From: a virus
DNA: 64,000 nucleotides
Virus record (IMG/VR): IMGVR_UViG_3300017963_000016
Span: 1-64,000 of that record
Reading direction: 5' to 3' (one strand)
A program made the translations under genes and the position numbers. Under the pieces are notes generated by a model. The model was not told where the DNA came from. It worked only from the letters and a program-made list of their open reading frames with translations, and did no database searches. Below, piece by piece: positions 9,485 through 17,328 of the stretch. Positions within the stretch are counted from its first letter, which is position 1, and each line of letters starts with the position of its first letter.

Positions 9485-9701
9485 TTTTTTTCTTTCTCCT
9501 TTCTTCTTTTCTTTTAGCTAATAAGGAACGTAAATATTTCTCATGTTCTTTCTCTTGGAGTGCCATAATTCTGAAATGGCCAAATTTATTCATATCTAAA
9601 TTATAAATTGCCATATAAGTCTTATGAGCCTCATTCTCATCTTTAATATAAAATTCAATTTCCTTATCAGTTAATTTTTTTCCCTCTTTTCTTTTAGCCA
9701 T
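9477..9701 (-). CDS. Mini ferritin/rubrerythrin-like protein
   Basis: IKDENEAHKTY and MALQEKEHEKYL resemble the paired E...ExxH helices of the ferritin-like fold. Confidence 0.5.
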   Translation of the reverse strand: MAKRKEGKKLTDKEIEFYIKDENEAHKTYMAIYNLDMNKFGHFRIMALQEKEHEKYLRSLLAKRKEERRKKKNA

Positions 9702-9722
9702 TTTTTATCTCCTTTTTAATTT

Positions 9723-10046
9723 TTATCTTCTAGTTCTAGGCTCAGCCTTTACTCCTGATCTATATTTTCCTTTTTGTATTCTCCTAATTTTCCAATAGTA
9801 AGCTACTCTAAACATAATATAGAATAGCATAAGTAGTAATACGTAGAGGATAAACCCATCTAACTCTACTATTTGACTTCCTACATTCATTTTTATATCC
9901 CAATCAATATAATCAATGAAAAGAGGAACTAAGAAAAAACTAACAACTCCAGAAAGAACAACAAAACAGCATTTAGCTTGGAATTTCTTATACTCATTAA
10001 CTACTTTTGCTCTTCTTCTTATATCTCTATCTGAATAGCCTACCAT
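9723..10046 (-). CDS. Small 2-TM protein
   Basis: Two hydrophobic helices, basic N- and C-tails. Confidence 0.75.
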   Translation of the reverse strand: MVGYSDRDIRRRAKVVNEYKKFQAKCCFVVLSGVVSFFLVPLFIDYIDWDIKMNVGSQIVELDGFILYVLLLMLFYIMFRVAYYWKIRRIQKGKYRSGVKAEPRTRR

Positions 10047-10058
10047 TATTTATTCTCC

Positions 10059-10235
10059 TTAAGGTAATAGATCATAAGCATTTACTAAAGGATGTTTATA
10101 TAGCCTTTCTCTTAATTTATCAGGCATTTTCTCTAACTCTATTTCTAATTTAGATTGATTTCTTAATAATTTCCAAAGTTGATCTAATGCTTTTTTATAT
10201 TTCATATAACTACTATCTCTCTGAGATTCAGGCAT
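10059..10235 (-). CDS. Small hypothetical protein (58 aa)
   Basis: Manual translation MPESQRDSSYMKYKKALDQLWKLL...AYDLLP*; AAGGAG RBS; fills an operon gap. Confidence 0.6.
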   Translation of the reverse strand: MPESQRDSSYMKYKKALDQLWKLLRNQSKLEIELEKMPDKLRERLYKHPLVNAYDLLP

Positions 10236-10284
10236 GATTATTATATTCTCCTTTAAGATTATAAATTTAGCTTTTTTCTATTAA

Positions 10285-10815
10285 TTAGAATACTATAGTT
10301 CCTGAGCCAGAAAAGTTTTCGTTTTTAGATATATATATCTTAATATATTTTAGAATTTGCTCAGGAGTCATGCTTTTTACTTTAGGTTTGTAAATTTCAA
10401 TAGGCTTTTTTGAAATAATGGTATTGGTTAATTGAGAGCTTAATCTTACAATATAGAACTCATCTTTCTGCTTATGTTTGGCTATTGTATAATACCAATT
10501 CCCTTTTCTTACCTGTCTAAAGGTCTCAATATTTCCTTTCATATTAGAATCCAGGTAATTGATCATGTGAGTTTTTTGAGGATTGTATTGGATTTTAATT
10601 TTTTCTTTTTTTCCAGGATTAATGAAAAAATCTTCCTCTATTCCTGTAAATTTTCTCTTGGCAACTCTACCATTCTTTAGAACTTTAGAGTAAGTTAATT
10701 GATTGTAAAAACCTCTATTTATAACTTTAATTATTACATATTTATCAATAAAGTTATCCTGATAAATTATTAAGCCTTTCTCAGCCTCTCCTTTCTTTAA
10801 TCTCCTGAAAGTCAT
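10285..10815 (-). CDS. Basic hypothetical protein
   Basis: 176-aa ORF in operon. Confidence 0.65.
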   Translation of the reverse strand: MTFRRLKKGEAEKGLIIYQDNFIDKYVIIKVINRGFYNQLTYSKVLKNGRVAKRKFTGIEEDFFINPGKKEKIKIQYNPQKTHMINYLDSNMKGNIETFRQVRKGNWYYTIAKHKQKDEFYIVRLSSQLTNTIISKKPIEIYKPKVKSMTPEQILKYIKIYISKNENFSGSGTIVF

Positions 10816-10816
10816 A

Positions 10817-11065
10817 CTATTTCCTCATAAACCAACTTTTACTTTTATATAATCTAGTTTTTAATTTATTAAACTTCTTTTGGGATTTGATTAAATAGTT
10901 CCTTATAGTATCTAAATCTTTTTTATCAGATTCCTGTAAAAAACCTTTAAATTTTTTCAGGTCCTGTATTACTGATTCAAGATCAGTATTTAGCTTTCCT
11001 GCTAAATCATAATAGGTAAAAACATTTTTGCTATTTTCCTTATTTAAAATATCTAGTCTAGCCAT
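10817..11065 (-). CDS. Small helical-hairpin protein
   Basis: 82-aa ORF with two amphipathic helices. Confidence 0.65.
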   Translation of the reverse strand: MARLDILNKENSKNVFTYYDLAGKLNTDLESVIQDLKKFKGFLQESDKKDLDTIRNYLIKSQKKFNKLKTRLYKSKSWFMRK

Positions 11066-11083
11066 TTTACTTATTTATTTTCT

Positions 11084-11383
11084 TTAATTAATAACCCATT
11101 TTCCTGTAAATTTTGCTTTCATATAATCATAGGGGTCGTGGCCTAAATAACTCATAGCCTGAATTGGATTTTTGATCATTTTAAGAGGAATCCATACTTC
11201 CCTATTCATTGTAAATCTGAAAATAAATTCTATTTTCTTATTTTCTATTAAAGCTTTTTTTAATCCTGTCTTATTTTTAATCTTCTTAATTTCAGGATTT
11301 TTTATAGAGAGTTTAGGATATTTAGAATTAATTAAGGTTTTTAACTCCTTTTCAAATATTGTAAGCTCTACCATATTTTGCAC
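11084..11383 (-). CDS. Hypothetical protein
   Basis: 99-aa ORF in operon. Confidence 0.6.
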   Translation of the reverse strand: MQNMVELTIFEKELKTLINSKYPKLSIKNPEIKKIKNKTGLKKALIENKKIEFIFRFTMNREVWIPLKMIKNPIQAMSYLGHDPYDYMKAKFTGKWVIN

Positions 11384-11384
11384 A

Positions 11385-11660
11385 CTATTCTTTTGGTTTG
11401 AATTTAATTAATCTATTATTTACTTTAATTAAACGATCTTTTACATCAGCTAATCCATAAATGCTTTTAAGGATTAGAGTTGAGTCAATATTATGCCTAA
11501 ATCGATCTGAGCTAGGTATAATCTCTAAAGTAAGTTTATCTATAAGTTTTATAGCTTTTAGAATCCTCTCTTGAGTATTATTATAAACTCTCTTATCTTT
11601 GGTATATAATATTTCTGAGCCTCTTCTTTTTTTTCCTGGTTTTTTAGCCATTTCTATCAC
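11385..11660 (-). CDS. Small helical-hairpin protein
   Basis: Probable start MAKKPGKKRRG at 11651. Confidence 0.65.
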   Translation of the reverse strand: MIEMAKKPGKKRRGSEILYTKDKRVYNNTQERILKAIKLIDKLTLEIIPSSDRFRHNIDSTLILKSIYGLADVKDRLIKVNNRLIKFKPKE

Positions 11661-12201
11661 CTAGCCATTTTTCTATATCGTTAAAAATTCTTATAGCTAA
11701 TTCCTGATTTTTTTCAGGCTTTTTATCTAATGTAATTAAAACTCCTTGAACTTCCCATTTATTAGATTTTGTAAAACCCATTACTACTTGAGAGCCTTTT
11801 GAAATTGAATCAGCTCTCCTCCCTATTTTATGATTGAATGATTTTGAGGCTCCTGGTTTAGCTGTTAAGAATCTCATATATTTACCAGGATTTCTAAACC
11901 TATTACGGTAAAAGCTAACAGTAATATCAATTCTTTTGATGGGAGGCTGAGGCTCTATAAATCTGGATTCAAAAACTCTTTTGCCTTTTTTGGTTATTCT
12001 CATAGCTTTAATATTAAGGATTTCTCTTATTTTAATTACTTTTTTCTTGGCCATATTCTCAATTGTATAAGATGGGATACTCTTCTTTCCTAAATATTGG
12101 GCAACATTCTCAAAAGAATCCCATTTGCTTTTAGGCTTTTCACTCTTATATAAGTATTCTAATATATTATATTCTAAATCTCCATATTTTTCTTTTGGCA
12201 T
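11644..12201 (-). CDS. wHTH-domain protein
   Basis: LEYNILEYLYK...MAKKKVI...RITKKG winged-helix pattern. Confidence 0.6.
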   Translation of the reverse strand: MPKEKYGDLEYNILEYLYKSEKPKSKWDSFENVAQYLGKKSIPSYTIENMAKKKVIKIREILNIKAMRITKKGKRVFESRFIEPQPPIKRIDITVSFYRNRFRNPGKYMRFLTAKPGASKSFNHKIGRRADSISKGSQVVMGFTKSNKWEVQGVLITLDKKPEKNQELAIRIFNDIEKWLGDRNG

Positions 12202-12216
12202 TTTCTAAACCTCATT

Positions 12217-12462
12217 CTAATTATTTGTTTTTGCTCCCTCAACCCTACTATTTAATTCTTTTAATTTAATTCCCGCTTTAAATAATAGATTAGAAATTTG
12301 AAGAGAGATTTCACGATCTTTCTCAAAGATATATTCCTCTCTATTTATAGCTGAGCTTTTTTGGAGTTTGAGCAATGTATTTCTCATTTTAATATTATCA
12401 GCCATTAGCTTTTTTTTATTGGCTAATGAATTATTTACTAAAATTTGTTTTTCTTTAGGCAT
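12217..12462 (-). CDS. Small helical-hairpin protein
   Basis: 81-aa ORF. Confidence 0.6.
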   Translation of the reverse strand: MPKEKQILVNNSLANKKKLMADNIKMRNTLLKLQKSSAINREEYIFEKDREISLQISNLLFKAGIKLKELNSRVEGAKTNN

Positions 12463-12467
12463 AAGTA

Positions 12468-12689
12468 TTACTTTCTCCTCCTATTCACTATACTAGAATA
12501 AAAAGCATAAAAGAATACAATTCCAAATATAAAAACAAATATAGGTAAAAATACAGCAAAAAAGAACAGTAAGAATCCTCCTAGCATAAAAGTAGTAATA
12601 ATAGCTAAGACTAGTATAATTATATTGCTCCTCCTTTCCTTTGATGTTGATTTACTATACTTTTTTTTTCTTTGACTTTTTTCAGGCAT
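12468..12689 (-). CDS. Small 2-TM protein with a basic N-tail
   Basis: About 45-aa hydrophobic hairpin flanked by basic residues. Confidence 0.75.
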   Translation of the reverse strand: MPEKSQRKKKYSKSTSKERRSNIIILVLAIITTFMLGGFLLFFFAVFLPIFVFIFGIVFFYAFYSSIVNRRRK

Positions 12690-12694
12690 ATTTT

Positions 12695-12931
12695 TTATCC
12701 TCCTCCTAATTCTGATAGATCAGGGAATATATTTTGAATATCTTTAATTCCCTGAATAATTTGCTCTCCATATAAAAGAGCTAATATTCCAATTGTAGTT
12801 AATATTAATATTACTAACAGAAAGAAAGTAATTCCTAAGCTATAGAATACTCTCTGTAATCCTGTTAATTTTACCTTTACTCTAGGCTCTTTATTTTTTC
12901 TCCTGGAGCCTTTTGTTTGTTTTTTTGCCAT
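12695..12931 (-). CDS. Small membrane protein with MAKKQTKGSRRK leader
   Basis: One long TM plus an amphipathic C-terminal helix. Confidence 0.75.
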   Translation of the reverse strand: MAKKQTKGSRRKNKEPRVKVKLTGLQRVFYSLGITFFLLVILILTTIGILALLYGEQIIQGIKDIQNIFPDLSELGGG

Positions 12932-13215
12932 TATTTCCTCACTCTTTTCTTTTTCTCTTTTTTTGGTTTTTTTCTATTAGATAATAATAATGATGAAAAG
13001 ATTAAAATTAATCCAAAAACTAACAAGAATGTTGATATGGGATATATCGATCTTTCTCCTCTACAGGCAATTGAATTATCTCCAATACAAAAAGGATTTC
13101 CCTCAGGAACTTCTATTCCTGGAAATTGAATATAATGAAAATTTAATTCCATAACTAAAGATAAAATACATAAGATTATTCCTGTAAATAATATAATTCT
13201 CTGTTCTTTATTCAT
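12931..13215 (-). CDS. Small 2-TM protein with a Cys-containing loop
   Basis: TM - loop FCIGDNSIAC - TM - basic tail. Confidence 0.75.
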   Translation of the reverse strand: MNKEQRIILFTGIILCILSLVMELNFHYIQFPGIEVPEGNPFCIGDNSIACRGERSIYPISTFLLVFGLILIFSSLLLSNRKKPKKEKKKRVRK

Positions 13216-13217
13216 TA

Positions 13218-13484
13218 TTAGAGCCTCCTAGTTAAATAGAATGTAATTAAGAGGCCTAAAAATATAGAGAAAGCTAAATTAATAACAAATAGAATTACTT
13301 CCTCATTTCCTCTGAAATTCCCTGATAGCATTATAGTTGGTAAAAACCCATAATTCTCTCCTATCCATTGGAATACCATAAAGAATAATAAACTGAGTAG
13401 AATCCCTAAAGGAATATTTAAATAAAGACTTTTTTTGAAATCTTTACTACTCTGAGATTGTTTTTTAGTTTTTCTTCTAGTCAT
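13218..13484 (-). CDS. Small 2-TM protein with a TRRK N-tail
   Basis: MTRRKTKK followed by two TMs. Confidence 0.75.
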   Translation of the reverse strand: MTRRKTKKQSQSSKDFKKSLYLNIPLGILLSLLFFMVFQWIGENYGFLPTIMLSGNFRGNEEVILFVINLAFSIFLGLLITFYLTRRL

Positions 13485-13744
13485 AGCTTAATCTCCTTTA
13501 ATCTAAAGCCTGGATAAAACCAATATTTATATTTTCTATTTTCCTTTATTTGTAATTCTACTAAATCAATTTTCTTTAATTTAAAAAGATTATTTAAAAC
13601 AGTATTATATGAAATTTTATGGTTATATCTATTCTCTAATACAAATTGAATCTGTTTAGGAGTTGCTATCCCATCATTAACAACTCTTAAAATCCTCTTT
13701 TGATTTTTAGTCAAACTCTTCTGTATTTCTTCAATAGATTTCAT
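13481..13744 (-). CDS. wHTH transcription regulator
   Basis: LTKNQKRIL...ISYNTVLNNLFKLKKIDLV. Confidence 0.7.
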   Translation of the reverse strand: MKSIEEIQKSLTKNQKRILRVVNDGIATPKQIQFVLENRYNHKISYNTVLNNLFKLKKIDLVELQIKENRKYKYWFYPGFRLKEIKL

Positions 13745-13752
13745 TTATTAAT

Positions 13753-14019
13753 TTACCATTTCTTTTTCATATTATATCTATAACTAATTGCTCCAATGAT
13801 TAAAACTGTTATACCAAATGCTATTCTAATAATTCTACCTATATGGAATATTGTTGGGTCGTCAGGCTGTAGAAAAATTGAATAACTACCATCTAAGATT
13901 AGGCCAATGCCTATTATTATTAACAGAGTGTCTATTAACAAGATAAGCATTTTTTTGTTTTTCTTACTTACTTTAACCATTTTCTTTCTCCTGGAGCCTT
14001 TTGTTTGTTTTTTTGCCAT
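13753..14019 (-). CDS. Small 2-TM protein with MAKKQTKGSRRK leader
   Basis: 5' end identical in DNA to 12695..12931; two TMs. Confidence 0.75.
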   Translation of the reverse strand: MAKKQTKGSRRKKMVKVSKKNKKMLILLIDTLLIIIGIGLILDGSYSIFLQPDDPTIFHIGRIIRIAFGITVLIIGAISYRYNMKKKW

Positions 14020-14020
14020 T

Positions 14021-14596
14021 TTACTTTTTACCTCTTTTAAATTTCTCTGGTCTTAATACAATTATAAAAAATATTAATAACACATCATATAATAAGATTA
14101 AACCTATTAATGTAAGAAATGAAATATCGAAATTTAGTTGATAACCTGGTAAAATCTCTAATCCTAATTGATCCACTACATAACTAGAATAAACTGTTGA
14201 TTCAGCTTGAGTAAAAGCAATTAATCCATAAATAGCCTCTCCAATAATAAAGTTTAAGCCTAATACAAAAGCAACAGTAATAGTAGCTATTATGAAAATA
14301 TAATTATCATGTATAAACAGCCTTATAACTAAAATATGTATTATAAAAAATACAACAAAAGCAGAAATACTATAAATATCTGTTGCTTCTAGCTCAGGAA
14401 AGGTTTGATAAAATTGCTCATCTAATCCTTGAGTTATTACAAAATTAAAAACAAATACAGGAAAAAACATTAGATAAATTATAGTAGATACCATTGTAAA
14501 AGCAATTACTCTTAATAGATTTGAGTAAAAGTCTTGCCCAATGATCTTATACTTCCTAAGTATATCTTGGTTTTTCTTTCTTCTAGATTCACTCAT
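14021..14596 (-). CDS. 4-TM membrane protein with an SRRK N-tail
   Basis: MSESRRKK followed by four hydrophobic segments. Confidence 0.75.
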   Translation of the reverse strand: MSESRRKKNQDILRKYKIIGQDFYSNLLRVIAFTMVSTIIYLMFFPVFVFNFVITQGLDEQFYQTFPELEATDIYSISAFVVFFIIHILVIRLFIHDNYIFIIATITVAFVLGLNFIIGEAIYGLIAFTQAESTVYSSYVVDQLGLEILPGYQLNFDISFLTLIGLILLYDVLLIFFIIVLRPEKFKRGKK

Positions 14597-14597
14597 A

Positions 14598-15767
14598 TTA
14601 AAAAATTGCTAATTGTTCAAATTTTACTGTATAGTCTAAATGTTGATCTTCCCAATCAATATTATTAATATCAATCTCTCCTAATAATAATCCAAAAGCA
14701 GAGCTATAAAATAGATCAGGATTTACAAAAACAAATATTAGAGTTAAATCTTCTATTATAACTGTATTGTTTATTTTTGTAAAATTATTAAAAATCCATA
14801 ACCCTAATGAAAGTGTTATATTGAGAGTTATTATATCTGAGATTATATATTTATTCTCTTCATAATTTATTTTGAAAGTTTGATCTAACTCTGAGTTAAA
14901 AGTTATTGATTCCTCAACACTAAAATAACTTTCAGGCTCCTCATCATAGAAATAGCCTGAGATATTTAAATTAACTTCTAAGCTAAAATTAGTTAAATGT
15001 ATTGGAGAGTTAATAGCCACAATCTTCATATATGTATTGTTATAAGATGAGGAATTTATATATACTACAGGAGCTAAAGTAATTGTTTGAATCCTGGTAA
15101 AATTATTGATTGAAGTATATAATATATCAAAACCATTTCCTTGAAAATCCCAAAAGGATAAATTAGTCTCTACTCCATCTTGATCTACTATAACATCTAT
15201 GGAATACGTTAAGTTGATTATCTGAGAATAAGAAGTATTAAAAGAATCATATATATGGAGTATATTAATATGTTTATTCTTGATTTTCATATATTCATGC
15301 TCCCTTTTGAACTCCTCTGCTAATAAATTATTATAGGATTTTTCCTCACTCTCATAAGTAATATTCTTTTTTACAGAATTAATATGTGTAGTATTCTGAT
15401 AAATAGAAGTGAAATTCTTTTGAATCCTTATTTCTTTTAGAATTGCTGTTTTAGGTATTTTTTGTATGTTCTCTCCAGGTTTAAGAACTTGCTCCTCTCC
15501 ATTGTATTGATAAACGATCTGAATCTGATCAGATTCTACAGGATTCAAATTGTTTGAGATTTTGAGATTTACATCTTTAGCTAAGATTATTGCTATAATG
15601 ATTATTGAAAATGCCATAATTGGAATTAGCATTATAGCTATATTCCTCTGCTTTTTTGTCTCTTTATATGTAGAGTAATTGACTTTCCTCTTTTTTCTTC
15701 TAGGAGTGAGTTTTTCTTTCCCTTTCTTAGTTCTAACTCTCTGCTTACTCTTCCCTTTATTACTCAT
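14598..15767 (-). CDS. Type II membrane glycoprotein
   Basis: Basic N-tail, one TM, beta-rich ectodomain with 14 N-x-S/T sequons counted. Confidence 0.75.
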   Translation of the reverse strand: MSNKGKSKQRVRTKKGKEKLTPRRKKRKVNYSTYKETKKQRNIAIMLIPIMAFSIIIIAIILAKDVNLKISNNLNPVESDQIQIVYQYNGEEQVLKPGENIQKIPKTAILKEIRIQKNFTSIYQNTTHINSVKKNITYESEEKSYNNLLAEEFKREHEYMKIKNKHINILHIYDSFNTSYSQIINLTYSIDVIVDQDGVETNLSFWDFQGNGFDILYTSINNFTRIQTITLAPVVYINSSSYNNTYMKIVAINSPIHLTNFSLEVNLNISGYFYDEEPESYFSVEESITFNSELDQTFKINYEENKYIISDIITLNITLSLGLWIFNNFTKINNTVIIEDLTLIFVFVNPDLFYSSAFGLLLGEIDINNIDWEDQHLDYTVKFEQLAIF

Positions 15768-15768
15768 A

Positions 15769-16518
15769 TCAAAAATCCCTTAAAGCATATTCAACTAATG
15801 TTGTGATTATTAAATTCAAAACAACTAATATAACAAACCCTATCCAGAAAGCATAAAGTATATCTATAACTAATAAAGGAACTTCTTTAAAAGGGTCTCC
15901 TTTATTGAATGATAAAACTAATTCTCTGAGCATTTCCATAATTATAGGGTCATTTGGTATCCAGAAAAAAGCTATACCAAAAGCTATTACACTTCCTACC
16001 ATACTAGATAATATTATTCCCTTAAGTTTAACTTTATGATTCATAATTAAACTTAATATAAAATACATGAATAGAAAAATGATCATAGTTGCTAAAATTG
16101 ATAAATACATAAATCTAATTATCCTCCTCATATAAGTCTCTATCCAACGTAATTCTAATATTAAAGTTCCTAGAAGTTGATATATGATACTCCCAACGAT
16201 AGCTTGAACTAATCCTCCTACAGCTTCTCCAGGATCGCCTATAACATCCTCCAGGCCTCCTAAGAATACATCTCCTAAAACCTCAATCCCAAAGATGCCT
16301 CCAATGTTGATATTATCGTGAGCATAAATCCAGAGATAAGAATATAGTGTTTTAGCTAGTAATGGTAATATAAAGAGGAGTGTCATTCCTGTAGTTGCTG
16401 TAATAATAATATTATTCCTAAGAATCATTCTAAAATTTATAGCTCCCTCTCTATATTTTTCTAATGATAATGATCTTCTAGTCTTTCTTCTGGTCTTAGG
16501 TATATTTCCTCCTCCCAT
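15769..16518 (-). CDS. Multi-pass membrane protein with a TRRK N-tail
   Basis: Probable start MGGGNIPKTRRKTRR after a GGAGG RBS; about 5 TMs and a Gly-rich loop. Confidence 0.75.
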   Translation of the reverse strand: MGGGNIPKTRRKTRRSLSLEKYREGAINFRMILRNNIIITATTGMTLLFILPLLAKTLYSYLWIYAHDNINIGGIFGIEVLGDVFLGGLEDVIGDPGEAVGGLVQAIVGSIIYQLLGTLILELRWIETYMRRIIRFMYLSILATMIIFLFMYFILSLIMNHKVKLKGIILSSMVGSVIAFGIAFFWIPNDPIIMEMLRELVLSFNKGDPFKEVPLLVIDILYAFWIGFVILVVLNLIITTLVEYALRDF

Positions 16519-16519
16519 G

Positions 16520-17251
16520 TTAAAATCCTCCTCCTGCTTGAAAAGATAATCCATAAGCTATTCCATTGATAAAAGCATGTATAAACATATTAGTAGAGAT
16601 TCTCTTAGTTGCTTTAAATGAGAGAGCTAAAACAAATCCTGCAATAAAAGTTGAGAATAATAATTCAGGCTGATCTCCATAAACTGCAAAATGATAACTC
16701 ATAAAAGCTATTGGTCTTGCTATATATCCTGCTATATAGGTATTAAATACCATTTCAACAAAAATTTGGCATATTATAGTAAAAAATAATTCCTCAACAA
16801 TAGCCATTGAAATTGAGAAATATAATAAATTGAATCCTAATATATCATACTTAGGAATATCAATAGTATTGAAAATTAAATAATTACTTACTGAAATCAT
16901 AGCAAATCCAATAAGAATAACAAAAAACATTATTCCAAATTCTCTCCTTTCGAATCCTAAGGAAATTTCTATTTTAGTTCTTTTCTTTTTTATATCATTA
17001 ATAATAGGAATGAAAATTAAACCTGCTAAGCCAAAAATAACTGCGATTTGGCTTTTACCTGCTAGGTCTCTTAATACAGGCTCCTCTGAGGCCTGGAATT
17101 GAGTAATTATATAACTTAAGTAAAAAATGACTATAACAGTTAAAACCAGGAAAAATATTTGAAATTGATAAATCCACTTTAATTCTATTTGTCCTCTTGA
17201 TTGAGGGTCATTTCTGGTAAATTTTCTTCTAGATTCAGGTTTATTACTCAT
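16520..17251 (-). CDS. CPBP (Abi / type II CAAX, Rce1-like) intramembrane metalloprotease
   Basis: AIVEELFF (EE motif), FMSYH (FxxxH) and HAFIN (HxxxN) in a multi-TM protein. Confidence 0.85.
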   Translation of the reverse strand: MSNKPESRRKFTRNDPQSRGQIELKWIYQFQIFFLVLTVIVIFYLSYIITQFQASEEPVLRDLAGKSQIAVIFGLAGLIFIPIINDIKKKRTKIEISLGFERREFGIMFFVILIGFAMISVSNYLIFNTIDIPKYDILGFNLLYFSISMAIVEELFFTIICQIFVEMVFNTYIAGYIARPIAFMSYHFAVYGDQPELLFSTFIAGFVLALSFKATKRISTNMFIHAFINGIAYGLSFQAGGGF

Positions 17252-17328
17252 AATTAAATTAATTCCTTTTTTGGTATTTATTATTTAAGTTTATCTTATC
17301 TAAAAATGTAAAAAAAAAATATGTTAAA

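Noticed and set aside
6935-17251. Tat signal peptides as the explanation for the SRR motifs
   Set aside because: SRRNIIL, SRRNALL and SRRKF fit loosely, but most carriers are multi-pass proteins with the motif far from the hydrophobic segment and no cleavage site; kept only as a minor alternative.
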